Shown here one piece after another: positions 34,012 through 45,582 of a stretch of 64,000 bases of DNA. Made by a program: the position numbers and the translations under genes. A model generated the notes under the pieces. The model ran no database searches and had not been told where the DNA came from. It worked only from the letters and a program-made list of their open reading frames with translations. Every line of letters begins with the position of its first letter. Positions within the stretch are counted from its first letter, which is position 1. This DNA is from Halocafeteria seosinensis (lineage: Eukaryota): assembly GCA_001687465.1 (NCBI GenBank), contig LVLI01000206.1, positions 1 through 64,000 of the forward strand. The letters are read 5' to 3'.

Positions 34012-36424
34012 CTATACGAGGACATTTTGGCTGTCACATGCGGCACCATGATACCCCTCAAAGCAAGTACACAAACCGCTTCCACGATCGCATTGACCGC
34101 GACCCGAACATTCGATGAATTCGACGTTAGGGTCGACGGCGTCCGATTCAGCACCATCGCTGCAACTCGCTACATTGTATCTAACACGAAAAGTTATCGG
34201 AAGACGCTCGGTTTGATCAATATCCCCTTCAGTGGTCTCAAAATCTCTGTTGCACTGAGTCAAAGTATCAACGTCAGCATTATCTGCAATCTTAATCTTC
34301 ATTGTGGGAACCACGCGTCCAAGGTCAATAGTTTCATCTCTGATACTGGCAGCACGGATCTGACCCAGGAAGATCAGTTCAGAATCAGCAACCACGTCGT
34401 CTATCTCAGCGTATGGCCCCAGGGTTCCTCTGTTGACAAAAGCAGGGGTAGCCAATCCCCTTCCGTAAATATTGAAGATGTCATCGGTATCGTCGTCTTT
34501 AGCCTTGTAAAACACTACATCAGCACCTGCTTGGAACTCATCGTCAGCCTGGGTACTGCAGTCCATTCCTGTGGGGCATCCCAAAACGCCCTCCGAGAGG
34601 ACTTCAAAGATATTGTCTGATGTGAAAAGACCATGTAAACGGTCACTACACACGGCATCCCTCTGCACTATTCGTGACTGCTGGATCTTTGGTTGACACC
34701 CCTCATAAGGACATCCAAACGTAGAAATTCCATTGACAGAATGTTTGTAGGCGCACTGCAAGCTTCGTTGTGTTCCGACAGCGGTCCCACCAAATGTGTG
34801 TTCGTAATTGATTTCCGCCTGATTCCCATCCATATTTGCTTCGGTTTCGGTCCCAGTAACGCTCATTCCACGAGCTCTAGAGAGTGGTAACTCCTGCAAC
34901 CGTTTTTCTAACAAGTCCGCCTTTGCTTGTCCGGCATTATCGAAAATTTCTTCTACAGTGCGGGTGTAGAGAGTCTCGTTGGCAAACGTATCAAACACCA
35001 AAGAATAGTCACCGTCCACAAAGTTCCACATTCCAGAAAGAGTTCTTCCGATACTCACTTGCTTGATATCAGAACCCTGAGTAGTTGCCGTAAACTCGAA
35101 AACTTTTGGGAAAAATATAGTGTTACTACCACTATCCCCTGCTGCAAGTCCAGCCTTATCTATGCTGAACGTACACTGAAATGCTGCTTCCCCATTGGGG
35201 GCAGTGCCGAGATCTTCCGGCGATAAATCAGCACATACAGCATTAGTCGGAGGAGTCGCGCCGCCGAAGTTGCCAATGAAGGCGTTTATGGCAGTTTCAA
35301 TAGCAGTAGTGGTATCGGTGAAGAGGTTGACAGTTAAGGTCTCAGCATGAGCAACGTAATTACCTGATGCATCAGGTGCTGTAATATCAAAGCTAATGAC
35401 CAGGTCCGCATTGGTACCATCTGCTGCGGGGATCCAAAACACTGTCAAGGTATAAGAAAGCAGTTGCTCTCGAAGTCCTGTATCATGCCATGGAACGGCT
35501 ATCTCAGTTGTCTGTGTTTGATACTTATCAGCGGAGTCGCATGCTGTCATAGGATCATCTCCGTGGACACATATACCTGCAGCCGTTATACAAATATGAA
35601 CGGACAGCAGAACTCAGCCTGAAATTGTCAGGAACCGTACGTTGGGAGCAGTCTGGCCCCATGAAACCGGGGTCACAAACACATCCAGTGAGGGCTTTGG
35701 CATCCCAGTCCAACGCAAACGATGGCGAGTAATTCGGAAGGTCAGCCATTAACCGACATTTTCCTCTGCCTGAACATTGGTTAGGGCAGTTGCCTGTGTT
35801 TACGGGATGTATGTTTGGTGCATTTTGTTCCACGATCAGACTTCGAAACACTCAACTCACTTCTCTGGCAAGCGCGACCAATATATCCATCGAAGCACGT
35901 GCAGGTTCCAGTGGCGCGATTGCAGATACCTCGATTGGCACATTCGGCATATGCGTGGGGATTTTCGTCGTCCAAGATCCATGCCTGCGAGTGAATTGCA
36001 GCATATTTACTTGCGCTTTCGGTCATTGTCGATTTAGCGCTCCACTTACTTCTACGACCGGGCAATCTCTCGAGCTACAGTCGTATCCCGAAAATCCGGA
36101 CCAGCATGTACACAGATCATCTTTGCCACATTGCCCATGCCCCGAACATGAGTTTGCTGTGTGAAAACGAAAAGATAAAGTCTCCTAAATACAGCTTCAA
36201 GACTGCGCTTTCCTGGTGAGCCGCTCAAGGCGCTCGACCGTTCGTCTTCCTTGGTCCCGTTTCAACGGGCACAGCATATACAGTAGGTATATCTAGACAA
36301 CTACAGACAGCGGAGAATGAGGGTTCCACCTAATTTAGGCGATGCATTTCCAATACTTACGGCATGCGGCGTCCACATAGGCCAGTGTCGCCGCAACAGC
36401 AACAATAGCAGCAAAAAGCTTCAT
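34012..36424 (-). CDS. Tubular mastigoneme protein (Ocm1/Sig1 family) with EGF-like repeats, multi-exon
   Basis: Signal peptide [22 protein letters not shown]-like units [30 protein letters not shown]; also WDA..GCVCDPG, CPRGDDPMT and a terminal [24 protein letters not shown]. Confidence 0.88.
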
Positions 36425-37022
36425 ATCAATCCCAGTTAGTCTCGACGCAAAATACAAGACAAACTGTCTGCTTTCAAAGTTTTATGGATGAAACAATGAA
36501 TATAGATTGTAACAATGAGGATACTCTTGAAATGGGATGAGAGTATTTACAAACAAATTAAATTTCGTTAACTGGGAGACTATTGTTCATACTGGTCAGC
36601 CGCTCATCTTGAGCGCACCACTGGCACCAGCGGCTGACCAGCCGTTTGGTTTGAGCGCGTCAACGCCGTGATTCTGAATCACTGATTCAGCGGATGAGCA
36701 CAATTCCGCCTCAGTCTCCCGGGTTGTGTGGCTAGAAACATACAGGTGTAAATGATTATTGATCATGTCGACAGTCTGGTCCCATGTCCACTTCAAGACA
36801 CCTCAGTTCTGAGCACGGGAAATTGGTCAAAACTCGGTTCAAATGTTACAAAGTAAAAAAAAAAACAAACTTGTGAACGAAGAGTTTTATACCCTTTACA
36901 AGGAAGGGTTGTGCCATCGTCCTCTAGTCTAGAGTCTAGGTAGGGCCTCCATGGTAGTCGGTGGCCGACGGTGGGACCTCCATCTTGGCGGAGTGTTATA
37001 ACTGGGCAGCGAAATTGGTTGG

Positions 37023-37523
37023 CAGGGTCGGGTATACCCGCGACCCGCAACCACGAGCTCGCGGGTATACTTACCCGCACCCGCCCGCGCTCAAACTTTG
37101 CGGGTATAGTGAATATTTGAAGAAAGTTTTGGTGTTTTCGCAATTCTAACCATGTGTAAGTCCATATCAGCACAAATAAACCCTAAATACAACGTTTTGG
37201 TTTCATCATACACCTTTAATCTCGCTAAATGGCAGGATCAGTACATACGAGTCAACGGAGTTCAGCCAGTGGGTGTTTGTGAAGCAAAAAGCTACAAAGT
37301 TGCAAGACTCGGAGACTCCTCAAATACCCGTGTTGTACGGCGTAAATCACGTATATGGTACCGTATTAGGAATAAAATTACGAGAATGCTTGAAAAATAG
37401 AGTTCTAATGGCTCTAGTCGGCTAAAATTGGGAAGCTTCAACATCGGACTTACCCGCATACCCGCCCGCGACCCGCAGGGTGCCAGACCGCGGGTAACCG
37501 ATACCCGCAAATTTCAAACCCTG
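37023..37523. mobile_element. Non-autonomous hAT-type (Ds/MITE-like) element, 501 bp
   Basis: Termini CAGGGT...ACCCTG. Perfect 8-bp TSD TTGGTTGG at 37015-37022 and 37524-37531. Clustered subterminal ACCCGC/GCGGGT repeats at both ends and an AT-rich core. Confidence 0.88.
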
Positions 37524-37771
37524 TTGGTTGGGCACTAGCGTTGGCTGTGAAGTGGCTTCACAGACTGCTTATTACTTACATAGAAAACCCTGAGAGAGTT
37601 GTAGTCTTTTCCCGAGATGAATATACACTCAAACGCCGACTACAAGCGCCTCCGTCTCTTTGTTTAGGGGAAAGCGTGGTATTTTGGCCTCCAGGAGCTC
37701 GACATTGTTGACTCGTGTCACTTCATTCATATATACATAGCTAGAAGTACAGAGGAGGCATATCATAGCAG

Positions 37772-40700
37772 ATGGCGACTGATGTTTCCAAGTGCTCCGT
37801 GGACTTGGACTTTGTGTCGGTCTCCTGCAATGCTATCTCTGACTGTGTGCAGTGGAGCTTCGGCAATAGCGCGAGGTACCTCTTTCCGGAATTATATAAG
37901 CATTCCCCAGCTCATGAGACAGATACAGGAGGACAGGACGCTCCACGGCTAAGTAATCAGAACGTCGATGGACTCGTCGCCTTCGCCGCGGGGAATTTTG
38001 TTGGTTTATATGATGTGGAAGTAAGTGGAGGGAACGTTCTTGCCCTGGCCAGTATGGTATTTATGCTGGGAATTTCGTGCAGCATGTGCGTCTACGCCAG
38101 ACCCTTCGTGCACACACAGGAAGGGTGAATTGCGTATCATGGGTTCAGAGGAAAGGTATGGGACCGTTCCTATTACATAGGTCAGTTCTTACCAGCCCGG
38201 ACTTCCCGTGGATGGATCTGCAGATAGGAAGTGTGCAGAGCAGAACGGGCTACCTTCGAGTTCGCCTTTATTCTTACCGGAGATTGAGCTGCTTTCCGCT
38301 GGATGTGATGGGCTTATATGCTACTGGAAATACGCAGAGGAATCTAATAGATGGATTCTATCTCAGACAATATTGACCTCCTCGGGTGCTCCGATCACTG
38401 GATTAGCTACGCTAGAACTGCCAGATGAAACGGTTCTAGCAGTCTGCTCCTCTACAGACGGATCCATAAATGTTCTTTTACTGGATCGAGGAGAATGGAC
38501 TGTCGTGCATCGATTCAAGTCGCCCCCGAAGAAACTGGCAGAAACATTGGACTTAGCTCTGCTACCGGGCTTTGAAGAAATGGCTTCTTTCTCCTCTACG
38601 AATGCGGCTGGGGATGCCGGCGTTATTCTAGCAACGGGGGGTGTTGACTCGATCGTCCGACTGCATACTGTGCATAAAGATACAAATAACTGCGTCACGG
38701 TCGAGGAGGTACTGGCGCTAAAGGGCCACCTGGATTGGATTCGGTCTATACAGTTCAGCTTTGGTCCTTTCACAGGCGAGGCTCCCCGCACCAGCCCTGA
38801 AGGAAACCAAATTGGTGATTTAATGCTAGCATCAGCGTCTCAGGACGGAAAGGTCAGACTTTGGCGCATTCGCAGCCTCTCCGCCTCCCGGGACGGTAGA
38901 GACCAAACAGAAGATAGCGAGCCGGTAGAGAATGCTGGGCTGTACACATTGGAGGATGAAGGCGACAGCGAACTAGCAATGTCCGCCTTAAATAACCCTT
39001 TGATCTTCAATGCGCGTTTGCGAACCGGATTACAAGATTCTACAAACCCAGACAGCCATGCTACCTACCAATATCAGGTGGCAAAGGAAGCTGTACTTGT
39101 GGGACATGAGGGATGGGTCACGTCCATCAAATGGTTTTCTCCGGTCTGTTCGGTTTGTAATGGACGGCACAGTATAACACAACCCATGCAACTGCTGAGT
39201 ACGTCCCAAGATAAAAGCGTGGTAATTTGGTCTCCAGAGAGCAGGGGAGTTTGGATTCCGGCAGTTCGCTTTGGAACACCTCGCACACGAGGTGTTGGTT
39301 ATTTCGGGGGCAGTATATCTCCTTTGAAAAATCTGATGCTGTGCTATGATCACCGGGGATCCTTCTTCTCCTGGAAGCTAGACAAGAGGTCGTCGGACAG
39401 AGTAAGCTCGAGTAGCCTCAGCGAGCTTCCCTGGAGCTCGGTTCCAACGATATCAGGGCATTTCGAGGGAGTCAATGATCTCTGCTGGGATCATGAGGGG
39501 CGTTATTTGGTTACTGCTAGCTCAGACAAGACGGTCAGACTATTCTGTCTGTTGAAGAGTATTCATGCTACTGAGGAGCGAGGTGAATACCTTCAGTGGC
39601 ACGAAGTGGCTCGACCACAGACTCACGGTTACGAAATGGTGTGCTTGACGTTACCCGTAATTGAAGGCCGGCCCCATACTCTGGTTTCCGGGGGTGATGA
39701 GAAAATCCTCAGAGTGTTTGATGCCCCGAGTCAGTTCTTGACAACTTTGCGGAACCTAGGGTTCGTATGTATGGAGAGAGACACCATCAACCGTCCCAAC
39801 GTGGCATATGTACCCGAATTACAATTGAGCAACAAAGGCACTACGGAAGACGTCGGGATTGAGAATCTTACAGTAGAAGACTACTTACATGAGGAACAAA
39901 GGTTGAAAGAACAAGCTCGCAACGAGCGTAAAGACCTTGTTGGTGATACAGGGATCCCGGAGGAATATGGTGGATCTGAGCGGACGGAAGCATCTCGAGG
40001 AATGCATAACAGCCGTAAAGCACGGAACAGAGAGTCCGCGGCGGCTGTATCTTCGACTGACCCTGAGGCCTCCCGTCAGTGTGATAGCATTGAGAAGTTG
40101 CCTACTATCGATGAGCTGTCTCTTCCAACTGAGGAGTTACTTTCTGAGAGTACTTTATGGGCGGAAACTCAGAAATTGTATGGACATGGAAACGAACTAC
40201 TATGCGTTGCTTCCACCCATGATGGCACGTTCATCGCTTCAGCATGCAAGGCCAAACATACACCAGATGCCACCATTCGCCTGTGGAGGACCGACAAATG
40301 GATTCAGGAGCAGGAACTAGAAGGCCATGAGTGGTCCGTAGTGCAGTTAGAGTTTAGTCGCTCCGACGAGTTCTTAGTATCCGTTTCCAAAGACAGACAT
40401 TTTTGCGTGTTCCAGCGACAGGGATCTGTGGACTCTCCAGCGTATAGAAGGGTGGCTTCCGTGAAGGCCCACAAGAGGATTATTTGGACTGTCTCATTTT
40501 GTCCTGACGATAGTATGTTTGCAACGGGCTCTCGCGATGGCTCATTGAAATTATGGAGCCTATCACGGGATGAGAAGACGAATCAACTTAATTTGTGGCA
40601 ATCGCATGAATTTCCGAGTTTTGACTCAGGCGTAACTTCCTTGGCATTTGCTCCTGAAGAACACTCAATCCGCCAAAATGTGTACTGGTTGGCCGTTGGA

Positions 40701-40928
40701 TGTGAAGATGGATCGATACACCTTTACAAGGGCACTGTTTGTGGGAAAAAGCATCATGAATGGGAGTTCGTAACAAAAGTATCTGAATGCGATTCCCATT
40801 GCGGGTCTGTCACGCGTCTCTTATGGCGTCCTCAGTCGTCGGATAATAGGCTGCAACAATCCATACATCTCGCCAGCAGCTCCAGTGACCACAGCGTGCG
40901 TATCTTCAACGTGACTTTGGCACATTAA
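37772..40928 (+). CDS. ELP2: Elongator complex protein 2 (WD40), multi-exon
   Basis: GHLDWIR, LVGHEGWV, ISGHF, WHEVARPQTHGYEM, VSGGDEKILRVF, LSNK, PTEELL..TLWAETQKLYGHGNE, HKRIIW. Confidence 0.93.
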
Positions 40929-41239
40929 CTGTCTCTTCTGCTCCTCTGAGAATGGTAAAGGAAGCAAATAAAGCGAACACGCGTGGTTGGGCGTTGACGT
41001 GTCATTGTGTCAGAAGTTCTGAGCCGTCCTGCCAGGACGGTCGGGATAGCCGTTAGGTGTTCGAGGCTCCAGGGCAAAGTTTGTCCAAAACTAATATCCT
41101 ACAGCCAACACGATTGCTAGCATCTTTGTCCTGACATATCATTTCGTACTTTCATGCATACTTTTACATCTTGAGGTGATTTTATTTTATATAGGCAACG
41201 GGCCATAAACTGCTCTTACGCTCAGTTGGTTTTGTCGTA

Positions 41240-43564
41240 ATGAGGTATCCTTACCATCCACAGCCTCCCGTACAGCGGGAACACGATGGTATGTTATCGG
41301 TGGAAGCTCTTCTATGGGATATGTGTTAGAGGTATCCCTGCTGTGGAGTATGCAGAGACAGCAAAACGAATTGCAGAATGTGGCACGTTGGGAGCTAAAG
41401 TGATTGAGCCCTACTATGCAGGGTATAAGGGCCCCAAGAACTTTGAATGTTCCAATGGAATCCCTATCGACAAGGTATGCTATTCCCAAGGAAAGCCGCC
41501 TGCGTTCAATGGTCTGGCTGTTTCATCAGATGAGAGGTACGTCAAAGAGCTCTTGAGTGGAGCAACTGTACCAGACAAGCAAGGGAGCGTGTATGCAGTG
41601 GTGTGCATTGGATAGGACCTAGGGAGAGGAAGATTCACAGGAAGAACACGAACAGGATCAAAAATGCCATACGAGTGCTTGAAGCCTTAGATACTGTCAG
41701 TCCCTTGGTCACCCCCATAGGAGTATTGAAGAGCACGAATCCCTATCGAGGTGTAAAACTGACAGAGCATCGACAGGTATCAAAAGGAGACCGCACATGG
41801 TATTCACTATTTGCGAACGAAGACGAAACAGAACTCCCAGGAGGTTCGAAGGAAGAGACGGACTACGGCGGACACGCACCACCATCATCACCATGTGAGC
41901 GACCGTCCGTAACTCTCAGTGAAGGTTCTAGTGAGACCGATGTTCATTCGTTCAATGCTGAAGAGATCAAGAATAATATCAGAGGAATCGAGGTTGGAAG
42001 AGGAAGGTCCACCCATCATTGGGAGCAATGGGCGACCATCACAGCTCCTTTTGGGCAATCAAGGAAAGCAGACTCCGGAATTGACGCTCTCAACACGGAG
42101 GCGTTTTGGAGATGCTCGCTTTCAGGCGAAACTAAACATAATGAAACGAGCAAGAGACATTCCTTATCAACTAGTATGGGTCCTTCGGTGGAAACATCAA
42201 ACGATGTTACGGAGATGGCTGAAGAAGTTGCGAAGACGCTGGACCGGCCTTTGAGGTTCCTAAAGAATTTATACGGTAGCCCTTCTAATGCGATCGAAGG
42301 CGACGCAAGGACTAGTCAACAAAGCAAGTCTAATGCTACCGAGACACGGAGCAGATTCAGTCCCTTGAGGACGTGGAATTCAACGAGGAGCATAAGTGAG
42401 TCTTTCCATGGAGGCACAGGCAGGCAACTTAAAGTAGCTCCATCCCAAGCTAATTTTGGAGTGCTCCTGGTAAACAGAGAATATGTTTTACCACTCAGGA
42501 TCCAAAACTGTGACACAGCTTGCCAATATGTGAGCGTGTCCTCACTAGTAGTAAATGATTGTGATGACGACGTTGCACAACACTCCATCCTCCGAGCAAG
42601 ATATCAAAGCGGCAAGATTGTTCCCGCAGGCACTGCCACAGTACTCATTCTCCTCAAATCAACTAAGCCTGGAAAAATAACAGCCACGTTGGAAGTCACG
42701 ACGGGAACTTCAATGTTTAGGCATGTGTCGCGGGTTCCCATTGCAGCGCACATACTTTCACATACAGAATTTAAGCTCTGTTTGGAGAAAGCAAAACCTG
42801 AATTCAAGTCCTCCGATCGTCTTAGCCAGACCCTTAGCGACACTATCGTGAGTGCAGGAAATGCAGATCCGGCTTTTGACTATGATTATACCGATGAAGA
42901 TCTAACAGAGATTGGAGATGATCCCCTTGAAAGTACTACGAGAAGCAGATCAAGCGTACGAGGAAGATCACACTCCCCAAAGAGAGGTTCACGAGTTCAG
43001 GCATACCTTACGCATTCCACCGGCAGTAAAATACGCGGAAGCTCACCAAATGTCTTGGACGAAGTCAATGAGGGCATACGTCCGGGGTCAATTTCTCCGG
43101 ACGGAAAATACTCTTCTACATCTCCGATATTTCCAAGGTCCCATTCAGCACGCTCGTCGAGCCCAGGACAAGCATCCATTCATAGCATTCAGCATATGGT
43201 GAAGGCATACGACTTAGAGCATGCGTTATTTGTAGGAACGGAATTAGAGGACCGTGTCGCCGGTACACAGTTGATGGCAGGAGAGCATGAGCGACAGAAA
43301 CATGAACACACTGACATTTTGGGAGTGATGACCCAGCCTCCACTTTCTCCAAATTTGAAAAGTTCATTGTCTCCTCATAGCAAAACTGAACACATTATTA
43401 GCGACGAAACTGAGAAGGCTTTGGCGAAGAAGGACATAAATGAAGGCATTCCTTACTTTCCCGATCTTGTCATGCCTGGAGGGCTGAAAAAAGGCGGAAC
43501 AAACACTGCAGCAGTACCAATAGTAGAAGCTGGATGGTCTAGACCATCTTTTCCGGCGTTTTAG
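41240..43564 (+). CDS. Uncharacterised protein with one ASH/HYDIN-like Ig-fold domain (possibly ciliary); start uncertain, multi-exon
   Basis: 653-aa ORF, joinable to upstream exons by GT-AG introns. The segment LKVAPSQANFGVLLVNREYVLPLRIQN...PGKITATLEV...VPIAAHI has an Ig-like pattern. Confidence 0.6.
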
Positions 43565-45477
43565 AATCCGTTTTGCCTTGTCTAGCCAATTTTCTCCGCC
43601 AACTGCGGTTTGTTCGTTGCATATCAGCTTTGTACTTGTCTCGAAGTTTTACAAATGATTTCCTGGCAAACCCCGACCCGTTAATGCAAGCGATTTTAAT
43701 TTCAAAGTGGGTATCAGCGACATCAACTTCCGTAGGTAATCCAACATCAATGCAAAAAGAAAACGAGTCCGAGACACATGTCCAATCCTGCCCAAGAGAA
43801 GAGGTGGATGCCACGCTGTCTTTTTCTGCACCAATGCCCCAAATGGAAAATACCTTGGATGACGACTCGGTATAAATCGACAGCACAAAGATTCCAGAGA
43901 GTCCCGAAATCGCCTCTTTATGGCGATTTATCACGGCATCTACGCTCTCACAGTTGCACACACAAAATTTTTCACTTAACGCTGGTTTCTTTCGGGGGCA
44001 AGCGCAGTTATCTTCAGTGGAAGGCCAAAAGAAGCTTTGCGGATAGTACGACCAAGCAATGGCCCACCGCAATGTCCTTCCTTGAAAAAATTTAGTGGTT
44101 CGGATCGTTTGAGCATCTTGCCCTCGGAGAGCGGCGCTGAGGGTATCCAACGTTGCCTTTTTTCCTACCATAGTCGTAAACCAAAATACCTGCAATATCG
44201 ACGTAAAATGTTTACAGGCAAAATCCATGACTGGGTCGCAAGAATTGCTTTAAGTACGTACTGAATACTTAAAGTTAGCGCTATCGTTGATAAGACCGTT
44301 GACAAAAACATCTTCTCCTCCCGGATACGTCGTTTCGCTACAACTGCCTCCATAGTCTGTTTCTGGATTTGCAGAAGCATAGATGTCTTCATCAAAAAAT
44401 GGAGGATTACACATCGTAAAATCTAGGGGAGAATCACTATGTTGCAGTGCTGGACGAAGGAAGTCGTCTGATCGGGTATGCATGAGCCCAATCTTTCCAC
44501 TAAGCCCGTTCTGGCTCACGATGGTATGCGCATGATCCACACTAGCTTTATCACTCTCTGTAGCAATGAAGTTCCATCCCTTAAGTGTCGTACCTGGAAA
44601 ACTAAGAAGTTCCGTCAGGCGTGTCCTACTCGAGAATCCATTCACTTCGCGTACGCACCTAGCAGCGGATATATACAAGAGGCCCCTGCACCAACATCGA
44701 TTCCACAGATGCGATCCTGATCTTGCTTTTCTTTCAAGATTAAGTCTGTGTACGAGTTCACGAGGTCGTCAATCCACATGATATAGTTTAGACGTGATGG
44801 AACCTGCGTGGGGCGAGTGCAGCAGTTCCGATACCACTGTGGTATTCTGCTATCGCCACAACGTACGGGAGGAACGAGGTTTTGTTCGGGAATCGTCCAT
44901 TCCACTCCAAAGTCCCTCTTGAGCAAAATTCTCGTTAAACACCTGCACGAAGATCCCAATCCGTTCTCAGAGCATTCCGCTTCCCGTATTTTGAATCCCA
45001 AACTCACTTCACAGCTTCTCGATTGCCCCACTCAATACGAGCCTTCGGTTTACCACTCTTCGTTTCCTCTTGAATCACGCTGTATATCCACACAGAAGGC
45101 TTCATATAAGCATCGCAATCTGTGACACAGGAGCATTCAATGCACACCACATACTAAGGGGCGAACTCGGAGAATTGCTCCTTGAGCTGAAGAAAATCAG
45201 GAGGGTTGTCCTTGTATATGTTACGAGGGTGCATTCTATCATTAAAGCTCTGAGTTTGGGGAATTCCTTTCCGATGCACAATCTCCTCACGACGGCGCTC
45301 TTTCTTGCCGTCATGGTCATCGTTCGTGGCACGATGTCGCTTGGAAGGACGGTTTATGTTATGGCTAATGATGGGGACCTTCACCTTACGAGTTGCTGTG
45401 GTAGTTTGGCTGAGGGAAGTAAGATATATGTTCCCCGAGGAACTGGAATTCTGGCTAGAGGAAGAAGTGGCAGCCAT
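43539..45477 (-). CDS. METTL16: RNA N6-adenosine methyltransferase METTL16/RlmF family, multi-exon
   Basis: MHPRNIY..PPDF, LVPP|VPSRLNYIMWIDDL, GIDVGAGASCIYPLLG, CNPPFF, GGE, WFTTMVGKK, QGRTLRWAIAWSY. Confidence 0.93.
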
Positions 45478-45582
45478 TATTGTTCTATAGAGTATACTAC
45501 ACATCAACCCTATCTTTTTCAACTCGTCTAATTTTAGGGTGAACACTATACACATATCCGCATAGAGACAACTGTTGAATAG

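Noticed and set aside
36596..37510. ORFs overlapping or next to the hAT element as a transposase
   Set aside because: Short, with no BED finger, DDE or hAT dimerisation motifs.
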